Assembly (NCBI RefSeq): GCF_009914755.1
Contig: NC_060933.1
Source: the human T2T-CHM13v2.0 reference genome, Homo sapiens
Direction: 5' to 3' (one strand)
Length of the DNA: 64,000 nt
Below are positions 33,167-45,740 of the stretch, in pieces. Below the pieces are notes generated by a model. It was not told the origin of the DNA. It worked only from the letters and a program-made list of their open reading frames with translations, and searched no databases. Both the position numbers and the translations under genes were made by a program. Each line of letters begins with the position of its first letter. Within the stretch, counting starts at the first letter, position 1.

Positions 33167-33211
33167 ATGATTCGCGACCTGAGCAAGATGTACCCGCAGA
33201 CCAGACACCCG
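33167..33211 (+). CDS. TLE4: TLE4 coding exon 1 (MIRDLSKMYPQTRHP)
   Basis: ATG at 33167, 15 codons, donor CCG|GTGAGT at 33212. The peptide matches the recognised TLE4 N-terminus and lies in the CpG island. Confidence 0.96.
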
Positions 33212-34064
33212 GTGAGTGCGGGCGGCGGGGCGCGGGCTCGCCGGGTGCTGGGGGATTCCCCGCGTCGCCCCCTGCGCACCGAGTTGTGTCTTTTGGCCGG
33301 AGGGGCGTGGAGAGCCGCCCGAAATCGGCGCCCCGCGCCGGGAGCAGCCCGCCCGCCATCACCCCCACCCCCCGGCGCGGTGGCCCTCGGAGGGGGTGCG
33401 GAGAGGCAATTGAGTTGTAGCCATTTTCTTATTGTTGTCTTTGAAGCCCCTGGAAGCCGCGCCGAGCCGTTTGCGGTCCCCGCGCCGCGACTCCTCGAGG
33501 GGGGGTGGCGAGCGATGAAGGAGGCGCGACTCCGCGCCCGGGCGGGGAGGGCGCCCTCGGCAGCGGCGCTGCTGGGCTGGCTGCGGTTTGGAAGTGCGGG
33601 GCGCCGGCCCCTCGCGCCGCGGGCCGCCGGGGCGAGCGGGCGAACGAACGAGCCGAGAGGGTGGCGGCCGCCTCCCTCCTCCCCCGGCCTGACCGCAGCC
33701 CGACGCCATGGCGCGGGTCCCCCCGACGGGCCAGTTTCGATTCCGGGTGAGGAGGGAGTGGGCGCGGCGCGCGGGTCCCTGGGTGCCTGTCTTTGGCCGG
33801 GGAGGGGAGACGGGACTCGAACCCTCGGGGTCCGGGGCGCGGGGGCCTGCGGGCGGGAGTATGCGGGGCCCCAGGACCACCTCGAAACCAGCCTCTGCCT
33901 GGGCTGTTGGGCGCGAGGAGGGTTGCGGGAGGAGAGTTTTAATCTCTCTTTGCTTGCGTGCGCGATGACCCTCACCCCCCGCTAACGCCGCATAGTAGGT
34001 TTTCTCCGTCTCCCTGCTTCGCCTGTGATGTGGGCTAATTAAATATTTTATTGTTGTTCTTCAG

Positions 34065-34162
34065 GCACCGCATCAGCCTGCTCAACCCTTTAAATTTACA
34101 ATTTCCGAATCCTGTGATCGGATTAAGGAAGAGTTTCAGTTTTTACAGGCTCAATACCACAG
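34065..34162 (+). CDS. TLE4: TLE4 coding exon 2 ([33 protein letters not shown]), Q domain
   Basis: Acceptor ttgttcttcag|GCA with upstream CTAAT branch-like motif; donor AG|GTAACG; 98 nt, phase 0 to 2; hallmark Groucho Q-domain sequence. Confidence 0.97.
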
Positions 34163-35248
34163 GTAACGATATTGACTTTAGCTGATCCTTCTGTTTGCTT
34201 AGCTCTTGTCTCCCCGACAAATACACACAAACACTTACCCTCCTCCTTTTTTGTGGGGGCGTCACAAAGGTATTATTTTTTTTTCTCGGTGGGCAGAAAG
34301 GGCAAATCAAGGCCTCCTTCCTTAGGCAGGTGTAAATAAATTAAACATTTCTTCTACCGTAAATAAAAAGAAGGCAGAACAATCGAAACTGGGGAGACTT
34401 GGAAAACGCTGAGGCCAAACTTTCGATATTGATTTATTGGGGCCGGGAGAATGAAAGGTTGGGAAGATTCTGGGGCCTTTTGACATCCTTGGTTCTTTAT
34501 TACTCCGGACTTGATTCCTTCTCACTTTTTTCTGCCATTCCACTGAAGAGCTGAGAGCCCAGGGAAGTCGGAGTGAGCGATTTCATTACTTTTATGCTAA
34601 AAAAAAAAAAAATGTTTTCATCTTATAGACGATTTTTAGACTTAGGGTGCCTTTGAGACATTTTTCTTTAGCTGGCTTTTTAATGATGCCTAATTCTTAT
34701 TTCATAAATGCAAGAACCAAAACAAACCACTGAACCCGATTGACACTTTGCCCCTGGGTGGTGGTATTCAACTTGTCTGTGTGTTTTGGAGGGAAAAAAA
34801 CAAGATATCATTCATAAGACATGCTTGATTCATATTTTCATTAATCTCTTTGTAGAACATTAAAGAAATTCCCTTGTGACGTTTTGGAGGACTTATTTGT
34901 GCTTGTATGTGCAGTCATTATTGAAGTTTATTTTCGTGTTTGTTTTATTAAGTGAATATTCAATTCTGGAGGAAGTTCCTGAATTAAACTGATTAGAGGA
35001 TTTGTTTCCTTAAAACTTAATTAAAAAAAAAATCCTAAAAACAAAAAACCACATATATGATCCTTATTGAAGGGGCAAGTCCAGACTGGTTCCAATCACC
35101 CCTTTCCCCTTCCCTTTCCATAATGATGGGGGTATTTATTTAAGATTGTTGATTTAGTTGTTTGTAGGTGAGATTTAGAATATGCGTTTAAGAGTTGAAG
35201 GATGTAAGTTAAGATCATTGTACTTAGAGTATCTTATGTCTTGAACAG

Positions 35249-35312
35249 TCTGAAGCTGGAATGTGAGAAACTCGCCAGTGAGAAGACAGAGATGCAGCGG
35301 CATTATGTCATG
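35249..35312 (+). CDS. TLE4: TLE4 coding exon 3 ([22 protein letters not shown])
   Basis: Acceptor ttgaacag|T, donor ATG|GTAAGA; 64 nt, restores phase 0; conserved TLE Q-domain peptide. Confidence 0.97.
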
Positions 35313-36508
35313 GTAAGAAAACCATGTCACAGATTCAAAGTGCCTATTAGTTTGGAATACCAAAAACAAGAATACGTTTAAATTGCTGGGGGCTGCAAGA
35401 TAGATCACAGTCACCCTGCCAGTGCAGTTGAAGTTGTGGGAATATGTCTATTAGCAACCTGTAATTCTAGGCTGTTATAACTTGCCTTTGACAACTGGCT
35501 TTGATTGGAATTTTCAGAAAGTTCAGCCACATGGGGTATAATTTTCTGTGCTTTGTTTTTACAGATCGAAAAAAAATAAAAACAAAACCTTGTTTGTTTT
35601 GTCACAAGCAAAAATGTTTTTGTGTTAGTGGCTTTCTTTGTTGTTTTATTGCTCTTGCTCCAAACAATTTTTGCCAGTTTTTCTGTATGCTGTTAACATT
35701 GTAAATGTCTTATTATTAAAGACATTATTAAAAAATAATGTTTTATTTCTTTGAAAAGGAGTGATGGATAAGGAAAGACAGCAGACCATTTTTCAAATTT
35801 TTTTCTCTTTATGTTACTATTACATTAATATTTGTATGTTTTCAATTTCTGTAGTGTTATATTGGTTTGAGGAATGTTGTAGTCTCCTGTATAACTGATG
35901 TGTTCTGCCAGAATTTCTATGCCAGTTATACTACACGTTCAAAAAACCAGATCTGCTTTTACAGAAGTATTATGAAGCATATTTTTATGATTGTCCAAGA
36001 AAGCTCCAGAATAACCCACTCATTTATTTTTCTATCTAGCTTTTTTGCTTTGAATGTGTGAATATGAGCAGTACACTAACAAATCAGAAATCAAACTCTA
36101 AGTAGCATCACCTTTTCCAACCTTCCTTTCAAAACATCAGCGTTTGTATAAGGCATTCTTTGCTGTTAACTTGCCTGCTGTGCTTAGGAATTAAGAGTCC
36201 GTAGGATACCAAATTTTCATCAGACTTTTTTGATGCATCTGCTTGGGATGTATAAAGAAACTGGAGATGTTAAGAATGCTGTGTTTGAATTTAATTTTTC
36301 TTAGTTTTGTGTGTTTTCTCTTAGAATTTGTGTCTTAAGGTGGTTAAAGATAGTGATGGGCTCTTGATTTATTGGCATAGGTTATATGAAGATACTGGTT
36401 TAGGTGAGGCTTTTATGTTTGTTTCAGATTTACTTGGGGCATTTTGAACAAACTAGGGAGATTGTTTGATGAAAGTCATGCATTTAATTGCTTTTCCTTC
36501 TTTGACAG

Positions 36509-36553
36509 TATTATGAAATGTCCTATGGGTTGAATATAGAAATGCACAAGCAG
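36509..36553 (+). CDS. TLE4: TLE4 coding exon 4 (YYEMSYGLNIEMHKQ)
   Basis: Acceptor cttttccttctttgacag|TAT, donor CAG|GTAAGT; 45 nt. No exon 5 peptide was recognised downstream, so the gene continues beyond the window. Confidence 0.97.
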
Positions 36554-37307
36554 GTAAGTTATTTCTTTATAACCATTTTAAATGACAGTAATACTGGGAC
36601 ACTATGAAAAGAAAATTGTATGTTTTGCAGTTTTATTCTGCAAGCCGTTGTGGCTACCTGTATTTAAAAGTCTGGGTAGTGAAGAAAATGCTGTTTTTTC
36701 ATGTGTGGCTCCCCATCTTTCTTTCATATTATCCTAATTTTTATAATTTAAAAATGTTATTTTAAAAAGTCTGAATACATATTAAACTCTGTACACTTTC
36801 AAAAGCAGGATGCTAAATTTTAAAATCCTCTTGTTATTCTTCTGAAAGAGTTGCTTTATGTATTTTGGGCATTGCAAACTTGTCTTGTGAAAGAGCTTTT
36901 CTTGGAAAATATTAAACAGTAAAATTAAATTGTGTGGCGCCTTCGTTGGCTTGATGTGAAAGAATGGATAGAGGGTGAGCTGGGAGGATGAAAATGAAAT
37001 CTGTGGAGCTACAAAAGAAATTGATGTAAAATCCTTGTACTGGTCCCCTGAGGCTACTTAGTTGGGTCTTACCAAGAACTATAACCGTTACTTCCAAAAT
37101 TTGTACAGAGTAAATGAGCCTGATAGGAGGATGTGATAAGGTTCAACATTGGGTCTTGAAATCTAGCAATTAGTTCAGTAGCAAAAAAAAAAAAAAATGA
37201 TTAGTCAGAAAGCACTGAGAGATACGACTCAAACAGTCTTCTTTTTGTGCAGGAGACTGAATAAAATGGTTTGGCTTAAATTTCCTAGACAGAAGAATAA
37301 TAGCGGG

Positions 37308-37370
37308 TATATCTATCTATATATATATATACACACACACAAATATATATACATACATATATATATATAA
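37308..37370. repeat. (TA)n/(CA)n low-complexity tract
   Basis: Read directly. Confidence 0.8.
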
Positions 37371-40009
37371 ATATTGTTTGGCGATAGTAATTCCTCTAGG
37401 AAGCATTTATTTTTAGTGATCTCCTAGTGGAAGCACTTCAGGTCTCATCAGCCATTTCAGAATAGGTGTGTATGTGTTTGTCTGCTGGGAAAAAGACAAG
37501 GGAAAACTTACTGCTTTTCATTTCCTATTTATGGTCAAGGTGGATGTCATTACTTTCTAAGTTGAGAAAATATGAAATGAGCACATACTATTAGGCCTTC
37601 ACTATTTATGGATTCCTTTTTGGGTATAGTTATTTTCTACATGCTCAGAACATCCCAGATAGTAGATCTTTAAGAGATGGCTGTTAGACAATAAGGCAAT
37701 CTGATGAATAGTATTGGAAAACAAAAAGTTGGAAAAAAATGAGACGTTGCTTACATTGAGGACTTTTAATTTCAGATACTGTTTTACTTTGTATGCTATT
37801 TGGTTATGTCAATATTAGCATTATAGTATAGTTTGAATGGCCTGTTGAAATTAAATTCTTATTTTGGCATCTTTGTCATTTCTGTTTAGATTAGTAATGT
37901 AAATATCTTCTGCTTAAACAAAATCTGTTCAATCTTGTGGATGGACTTCTCTTAGTTCTACCTTACAGGAATAAATTACATGAGAGATATTGTTTGTTAA
38001 TTATCCCATTACATTTCCTTTGAGGTCTGGATCTTGTGTATGTCTCTTTTTTTGTCTGCACCCCACTCCCCAAAATTAATTAGTGTCTTTTTAAAGATTG
38101 GACCAGATGATTAATTTAGTCCCTTTATTTCTCCTTCTGTATCTTGTTTACCCTAACCACTTAGTTTCCAGGTCTCCTTGTACCATCTACATTTCTAAGA
38201 GGCACATAGCTTGTATTTGGCTGTATGTATTTCTTTTTCGAGGGGGTATGTGAAATCCCTTAATTTTACACATTTTATACTGCTATAATTCTGTCATCTT
38301 CTTGTCCAGCTAGCCTCAAATGCCATCCATTTAAAATTGAGAACAGTACATTTTCCCTTTTTTTCGTTTCCTTTTAAATTCAATCATATCAAGAATCCTG
38401 AGGGCAGTTTATCACATTATGAAATACAGACAGCCCTGCAAACCACCTACTTATTATATTTTCTTTCTTTCTCCCCCTTAAGCATAGAGGCATATCTGTC
38501 TTTATTTGTTTTCCTAGGCAGACAGCCTTAGTTCCTCTTAGCCTCTCTTCCAGATGTACTCGCTGGATACCCTTGTAATGGAAAGCAGCAATAATGCAGG
38601 GAAGTTGCCCTGCGGCATAATTGGGCCTAGTTCTCAAGATCGGGTTAGGTTTATTCACTTATTAGATTTGTGTCTCGAAGGGTTCAACAGTAGGAGTCCC
38701 GGGAGCCCTTGGAAGTACCCTAGTAATTGGTGGCCCTGATATTTGAAACCTTTGTGTATTTTTTGGTTAACGTTCCTGTTCTTCTTGGCTGCTGCTAGCC
38801 ACAGAATATTTATTTTTAGAGAAATTTTTCATTGGAACAGAAAATGGTGGTTGTGATGCAGTCATGGCTCTGTGACTTAGCAAACTGATAAAAAGATAAA
38901 AGTATGAAGCAAAGACAAACAGGGTGGAGGTCGGTGTTCTCCCTCCTACCCTTTCTATGTGGTGCTCATCATCAGTCCCCCTGTGTTGATTCTGATAGAG
39001 AACTATAAAATGAAACCTATGGGGAATTTGTCATTCTGAAATGAAAGCTAATGTAATTAGTACCAATTAAAGTACATTTAGTAAATTGGATTTAATCTTA
39101 ATTAAGCCTGCATAATGTTGCCAATTTTTAACAATTATGTTTGAGAACATAATTAATTTAAATTTTGGTAACTGAGTAAATAGCATTAGTCTGGTAGAAT
39201 TAGTGGATTTTTTTTTTTTTTAAAGGGGAACTTGGTGATATGACGTGGAATTGGAACATAAAATATGAATCTAAATTTCTGGTAATCTTTAGGATTGATA
39301 GAGCTAAGCAGATGAAGCAAAAAAAAAAAAAAGGATGAAGTATTCTAGGCTATAATGGGAATTAATGCTGTGCCATTGTCTCAAGTTCTAGCATAAAAGT
39401 GAAGATGACAAATAGGACATGGTTAGAAATGGCACATGTTTTAGTGTGACGTCTTCAAAATGGAATTTTTAAAAATGAAAGAACATAGGCCCTTATTCCC
39501 TAAGGATTTCCCTAAGTGTATGGTTTTTGTTTTTTGTTTTGTATGAGACAGCTGACCCAGGGTTTAGTTGTTAAGTTTTTTTGCTGATTGTTCTTCTTTG
39601 TAAATACAGTGTGGCTTCTAAATGGGTTGGTGGCTTCTAAATGGCACAGTGGGGTGATGCATGGAGTTGATAGCATTACTAAATGCTGCTTCTTCCCATC
39701 TTTCACCTGTAATGCTGTCATTAAAGAAGTCCTCACTGATGGACTCTGACAGCAGTGGTTACCATTCTAAAAAGTGAGTATTGGATATAGATTAGGAACA
39801 GTAGGTATGTGAATTCAACCTATAGGAACTATATGGAGATGAACATACCATCTTTTGAAAAGGGGAGCATGAGAACATCTATGACTTCCTTATAGTTAGT
39901 ATTCTACAATGTGAAAGCTTCTTCATTTGAATTTTAGTAATCATCAGGAAATTTTAGAAATCTAAAACGCATAGAATCTGAAAGTAAGTACTGCACATTT
40001 ATGTATGTT

Positions 40010-40073
40010 TTATGTGTGTATTTTTATATGTGTGTGTATTTGTGTGTGTGTGTGTGTATATATATATGTATAT
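40010..40073. repeat. (TG)n(TA)n microsatellite
   Basis: Read directly. Confidence 0.85.
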
Positions 40074-43000
40074 TTAATCAAAGCAAGAAAACTCCTGTTT
40101 CACTTAAAGCCATGTAAATTTTATTACGAGACTTGGGCCACAACCATTTGAGTGCTGCTAAAATATTAATTGAATAGAAATGAAAGGGCCTTGCCAACTG
40201 ATAGGATATCATAATCATAGCCTCTTTGGTCGATGGTAAATGATGATAAATGACATTAGGAACCTTTTAGCAAACTGTAATAACTACAAGGAGGGAAGCA
40301 GTATGGATTTGCATTGTATCTGATACCCTCTAGTACCAAGTGGATTGCCAATACTGCTTGTTTAGCATTTTCTAAGGGCAATAAGATATTGATTTCTGAC
40401 TTACAAGGAACAGCTCTATTTTCACCATTGAAAAGTATTGCAGGTTGTTAAGAAGAAATTGACTTGAAGAGGCCGACTGCTGCCCATCATGGAGCAAATA
40501 AAGCAAAACTGCCGAAGCATGGTGGAGCAGCGAGACGGGCCCTCAGCAATTTGTTGCTATTAATTTACCATGCTCGACAGCAAATCAATTGGCATCTACT
40601 TCATCTGCTGGAGAAAATGCTGTCCAGGGCAGATAAAAGGCTCGGCATGGTACAGAGAATAGACTGGATTGGCCAAAAGCAGGCTGCAGTTAATGTGTAA
40701 ATAAGTGAAATCAAGGCCACTGTTGCAGAGGAAGCTGTTGTTAATTAGGTTGGTGTTTTTTAGTGAACTATTTTAGAAAGCAGCTAGGATTTGGAGAGTA
40801 AGAAGAGATTTATTGAGATTGAAGTAATACATGACTGGCATGACATTCTAGCCTTGAGTGTACTTGAATCTAGGGTGCAGTAAATTTATTTGGGGACACT
40901 GCTTGCTATGAAGTTTGTTGAAAGTTCATTTTAGACCACATTTCCCTTATGATAACTTTTTTTTTCAACCTTGCCAGTTTTTTGCACATCTTCTGTCTTA
41001 TTGTGTACTCTTAGATTTAGAAGAGTAGATGGAGGAGTAGGTGTTTTAGTATGGAGGCACAAATGTGTCTGTTATATTCTTACCCAGTGCCTTTTTTTTT
41101 TTCAGAGATAGGTATAATTGAACTCTTGTATAATAATGAGAGTGAACTATCATGGAAGATGGGGTGTTCTAGCTGAAAGTAACTAATAAATGAAGATTTT
41201 GCTGACAGAACTTTATCTTGCTTCAGAAATATTAGGAAATAACAATCTAGAGGGCCTGAATAGTGGGTAGATACTACTAGATTATAAAATCTTAAAGATG
41301 ACAAGTGAAATTTTGATGTCTGCATAAACTTCAGATACAATTATAAGACTATGTGTGTGGGGGTGGGAAGGGTTCTTGTGTTTTTGGTTTTCATTAAGGT
41401 TTAAAGCCACCTTTTCTAATTTAAGATTATTTACACGCTGATAATATTCCACAATTAATGTTAACGGAGTGAAGGGTATTGGTGGTGTTTTTTCCCCTTT
41501 ACCTCTCATTTGGGCATTTTAAAATAGGAGGCCAACTTCATTTACTCCTGTTTAGTAAATCTAAATGAGTGTAGGTTTTAAATTAGATTTTTTCCCAAAA
41601 CCCTTCAGAAGGTCTAGTATTAGGGCAGTTGATAAGTAAGTGGAAGCACCTTGGGCAGGACCCAGTGACCTGTCCTTTTACTTATTACAGCACCTGCACG
41701 GGAAGCAGATCTGGAGGATGAAATTTAACCTGTTACAGTGTGTGTATGTTTTAGGGTGTGTGTTTTCCGAATACTGTGGGGAGTTCCCTTTTTCCTTCTC
41801 CCATGATGGATTCTTTTGTCTTTCTAGAGATACCATAGGAGGATATCTGGATTTTTCACCTAAGGCAGTGATTCTTGAGTGAAATTGGAATTTCCTTTCA
41901 ATAGAAGTAAACATTTATTATATATCTGGCTTGCGCTTACCACTGGTCTGGGCACACTGCCAAAATTCTTATCGTTAGTTCTCATAATGATCCTAAGACA
42001 GGGATTATATCCAATCAAAAGTTGATTAAACAGGGTCAGCTCTGCACAAGGTGATACAGCTAATAGTTGGTGGATTCAGGACTTCAAATAAATTTATGTG
42101 GGAGGATATCTCCTGGGAGATGGGTTTGCTATGGGTTAGAGATTCAGGCCCCAGTTCATTCCTGAAATAGAGAGTCCCTGAACTTTAGGCTCATACGCAG
42201 AACCTCTTGAGTTGGGGGATTCTCTGCAACTGCCTAGAGTCCATGGATGGCTCAGCCTGCCCTCTGCTTGCAGACTGCTTTCAGTGGGTGAGAGGGTGAG
42301 GTTGCTTTCACTCGGAATCTCCCACATGTGGGCTAGGGAAGCTGCTTGCTTATCAAGATGGAATTTGCTTCCTCCCTAGGCAACCTATTTCTCATTTGTT
42401 TACAAACTTGTTCTTCTCTTTAACTTTTATCTTTTCCTGTGGCTTATGAGAGTGCCTACAGACAAGGGGCTGTTTGTTAATCACCATCTTGTGGGCTTTT
42501 GAAGGGGGAAGCTGGGAGGGGAAAATGTGATGTTTTGTAGCCTCTTTGTAGTTTAGAAAGAGGTTCGTCGATGCAGGAAATCACACAACTCAGTTTTAAA
42601 TGAAGGCAGATGTTTTGCTTTTACTGTTAAAAGAATTTCTTTGCAGCATTCAAACAAAAGGATAGTTCCTTTTCACTGCCCCTTAATCCCTGCTGGATAT
42701 TATTTATTTGTATTTATTATTTTGATGGGCAAAGTTCTTTGTATCTAGGTATATATCACTTTGATCTGTGTAGGAATGATGGACCGGACTAATGAGCTAC
42801 ATCTCTAGGTGCTGTTGCAGCACTGGTGAAGGAGACAATACAAGCACCAGCCCATTGTTCTTCACATTCTTCATTTAATCTTTGCTTTCCTAGAATACAT
42901 CTTTTTTATTTCTTCTTTTTTTTCTTGTGTTATAAGATAGGTAGAGGAAACCAGTTGGGAATTAAATGTTTAAAAAATGCATTTATAAGTTATTTGTGTT

Positions 43001-44859
43001 TGTTTTTAATGTGGCTTTTTTTTTTTTTTTTTGCCTTTGATGTGATTCGATGGTTTGGTTTACCACTTCTGGACAGCAATAATGTATTTGGTGGCTAGAG
43101 AAAAGAGGGACAGGGATGTGAGTTCTAGAAGGCACTTTCTTGATCCCTCTACACACCCTCTTAAAATGACTCCAGCGTTCCAGCAATGGTGGTAGGTTCA
43201 GTGGTCCTATACTAGCTAAGTTATTACCAGTTTTGTAAGCTGGGCTGTTGGAGAGAAGCAGGGGGGCAGCACATTTACGCATGGGCAATGGAGTATTTAC
43301 ACTGATAATGACAGTTTGCAAGGCTTAGGACTTGTTCAAAGTAAGTATACTGCGAACAGTTTATGAAATTATTACTCTAAAGAGGAAGGGCCTCAGAAGT
43401 TTTAGTCAGAAGCAAGAGTTAGAGCTGTTTTGTCTTTGCCTTAGTAATAGCTCTCAGTGGTAGTTGTTTTCTATCTATGGAGAGGGATTTAGCTGGCATT
43501 CATCACCACAAATCTATATACCCTCTCTCTTTTCATTGGAACTTACCCAGCATTTATGCCAGGCTGTTGCTATTTCTATATCATTGACCCAAAACTTATC
43601 CCTGGAGAGCTGCACGTGTAACCCTTATTCCATCCAGGGGTGACACATGGGCAGGGTGTGGATTTTCTTAGCTGGTTCATCAAATAAGCAGAAGAGAAGT
43701 ACTCTGGGATACCCCTTAGGTACTCTGTCCTCTGGTGAGTGGATCGCACTGTCATCTCTTTTGAGGATTTGCCCACACACATTTCAAGAATTGTATGGTG
43801 GAGGCAGCTTCTGCGTTTCACGGAATGAAAGGATAACTTCTCTCCCGGTGCGAGACAATACTCTATCCCCAACCTGGGCTGGCTGTGGTGTGCTTGGGAC
43901 CTCTGCAGGGCCCTGTTGCTTGCAGCAACCTAGGCAAAGTGAGAGGTTGGGGAAGGAGGAGGGGGGATATTGGCTTTTTCATTTCTTAGCAGGCTTATTT
44001 AACTCATTATTATTATTATTATTATTGTAATTTGGGTTCTGTCCTTATTTTCGAACTATGTATTCTGTTTCTGAAGGTCTGTGGATGATTTTGGTTATTG
44101 AATTTGAAACTGCAAGAAAATATAACTGGAAAGAATAGTCATAGTAGAAATTATAAGCACTAGTACTCTGTAACACCCTTTCTTTACAGAGAGCTTAAGG
44201 CATTTTATATGTTCTCTTTAATGTTCCTTATGTTCTGTGAAGCAGGTAGCAAGCTTGGATCCATGTATTTATTTAAATAGCTTCTGTCAGTGGAGTACCC
44301 AACAGTTTGCCAAGCAGTGTCATTCTACTGGCCTCCTTTAATAGATAACACTGAGGCTTAAGGGCTTAAGAGACTAGCCCAGTGTCACAGTCAGGGAGGA
44401 TCAGCACGGGGGTGGAGATACCAGAGTTCACGCAGGTCAGCGAATGCGCCTGAGGTTGCATAGTGAGAGTCACTGGCAGAAGAGGAAATAGTAGGTTTCT
44501 TGACTTCCCTTCCAGGGCTCCCTTCGCTGACCATGCTGTTTCCAAACAGCAAATAACATGCTTGTTTCTATGATGTGTTTGGCTTTCTGCAACATGAGGA
44601 GCATGGTGATGCTACTGGCAGTCCAAGAGTGTTACACCGTCATCTCTAGTGAGAGATCTGATCTGTGTTTGTGTTTGAGGACAGCTCCTCCCTCCCCTCC
44701 CTTCTACCCTCTCATTGCCTCTGCCCTGCCCAAAGGGAGTCTAGGATCAGCAATATTGAAATATAAAGCCAAGGTCCACTTTTAGAAAAGTGCTTGATAA
44801 AACTGGCTATCTGGCATTCCTGAACTGTACCATGCAAACACACTGTGTTAGATACTTAC

Positions 44860-45008
44860 CTGTTTATTTCCTGTCTCTCTCTCGTGCTAGATTGTAAGCT
44901 CCATGAAAACAGGAGCTTTTATTGTTTACTGCTGTGTACCCGGTGTTGAGCCCTGTGCCTATCGCATAGTAGATGCTGGTGCGCAATAAAATATTTGGTG
45001 AATGAGAG
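44860..45008 (+). mobile_element. L2 3' end
   Basis: ctagattgtaagctccatga..tgtttactgctgtg..gtgcct..catagtagatgct..aaatatttggtgaatga. Confidence 0.7.
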
Positions 45009-45539
45009 AATAGCAGTTAGAGCTAGCCAAGAATATGTGTGATTTAATATTTTTAAGGGTATATTAGGTTGCAAGATAGATAACAAATACTGAATCTCAG
45101 GCATACTTAGGTCTGTGTTGTCTACTAGTTTGTGGAAAAGTGACACTTGGAAAGAGGAAGCAAAAGCAACCGAACTTGCTGTGCCTTTGAGGAACAAGTT
45201 AGTATAGCTAAAGTAGAATGTATGTATTTTAGTATGTTGAGTCTGCCTTTTTAAAGATGAAAACATGAATCATTCCAAACAGAATTTAAAATTCAGTTTG
45301 AACGTCACTGTATCACTAGTCAGTGTTTATCTGAATAATTCTTTTACTATTAATAGGTCTGTGTACCTGTGGTTTGAATGAATGTGGAGCAATATCGATC
45401 TTGACTATATTGTGTGTTTAGCTAACTTCCCTGCAAATCAGTAAAAAATGCAAGGTTTTAGTTCTTTTCAAGGGACAAGGAATTTTGAAAATGTCTTAAT
45501 TTTTTTTATTAGTAGAGATAGTATAACGTTGTTGAAAGA

Positions 45540-45740
45540 ATAGTAATCATAACAGTAAGCAATTTTAGATTGCTTATAGTGTCGATAATATTTCACTTAT
45601 TCTTACAACAATCTTATGAGATTATAGTAGTAGTATTATTTCCATTTTACGTATGTTGGGGCTGAGACACAGAGAGCTTAAATAGCTTGCTTGAAATCAG
45701 CTAGCCGGTAAAATAGATCTTGGGTTTGACTCAAGGTCAG
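45540..45740 (-). mobile_element. MIR remnant
   Basis: ttattcttacaacaatcttatgag..ttatttccattttac..ctgagacacagagag..aaatagcttgc. Confidence 0.65.

Larger units (their letters stand above)
30700..34020. promoter_or_regulatory. CpG island / TLE4 promoter, 5' leader and intron 1
   Basis: Dense CpG and high GC against a CpG-depleted background. Reverse CCAAT box (GATTGG 32101-32106) and GC boxes (32130-32145, 32226-32232). The TSS cannot be fixed from sequence; probably near 32.3 kb. Confidence 0.9.

Noticed and set aside
30740-33975. Many overlapping Arg/Pro/Ala/Gly-rich ORFs on both strands (e.g. 33112..33975 -, 30813..31415 +)
   Set aside because: Expected CpG-island artefacts with no recognisable domains.
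33167-33985. 272-aa ORF starting at the TLE4 ATG
   Set aside because: Read-through past a strong GTGAGT donor into GC-rich, stop-poor intron 1; only the first 15 codons are TLE-like.
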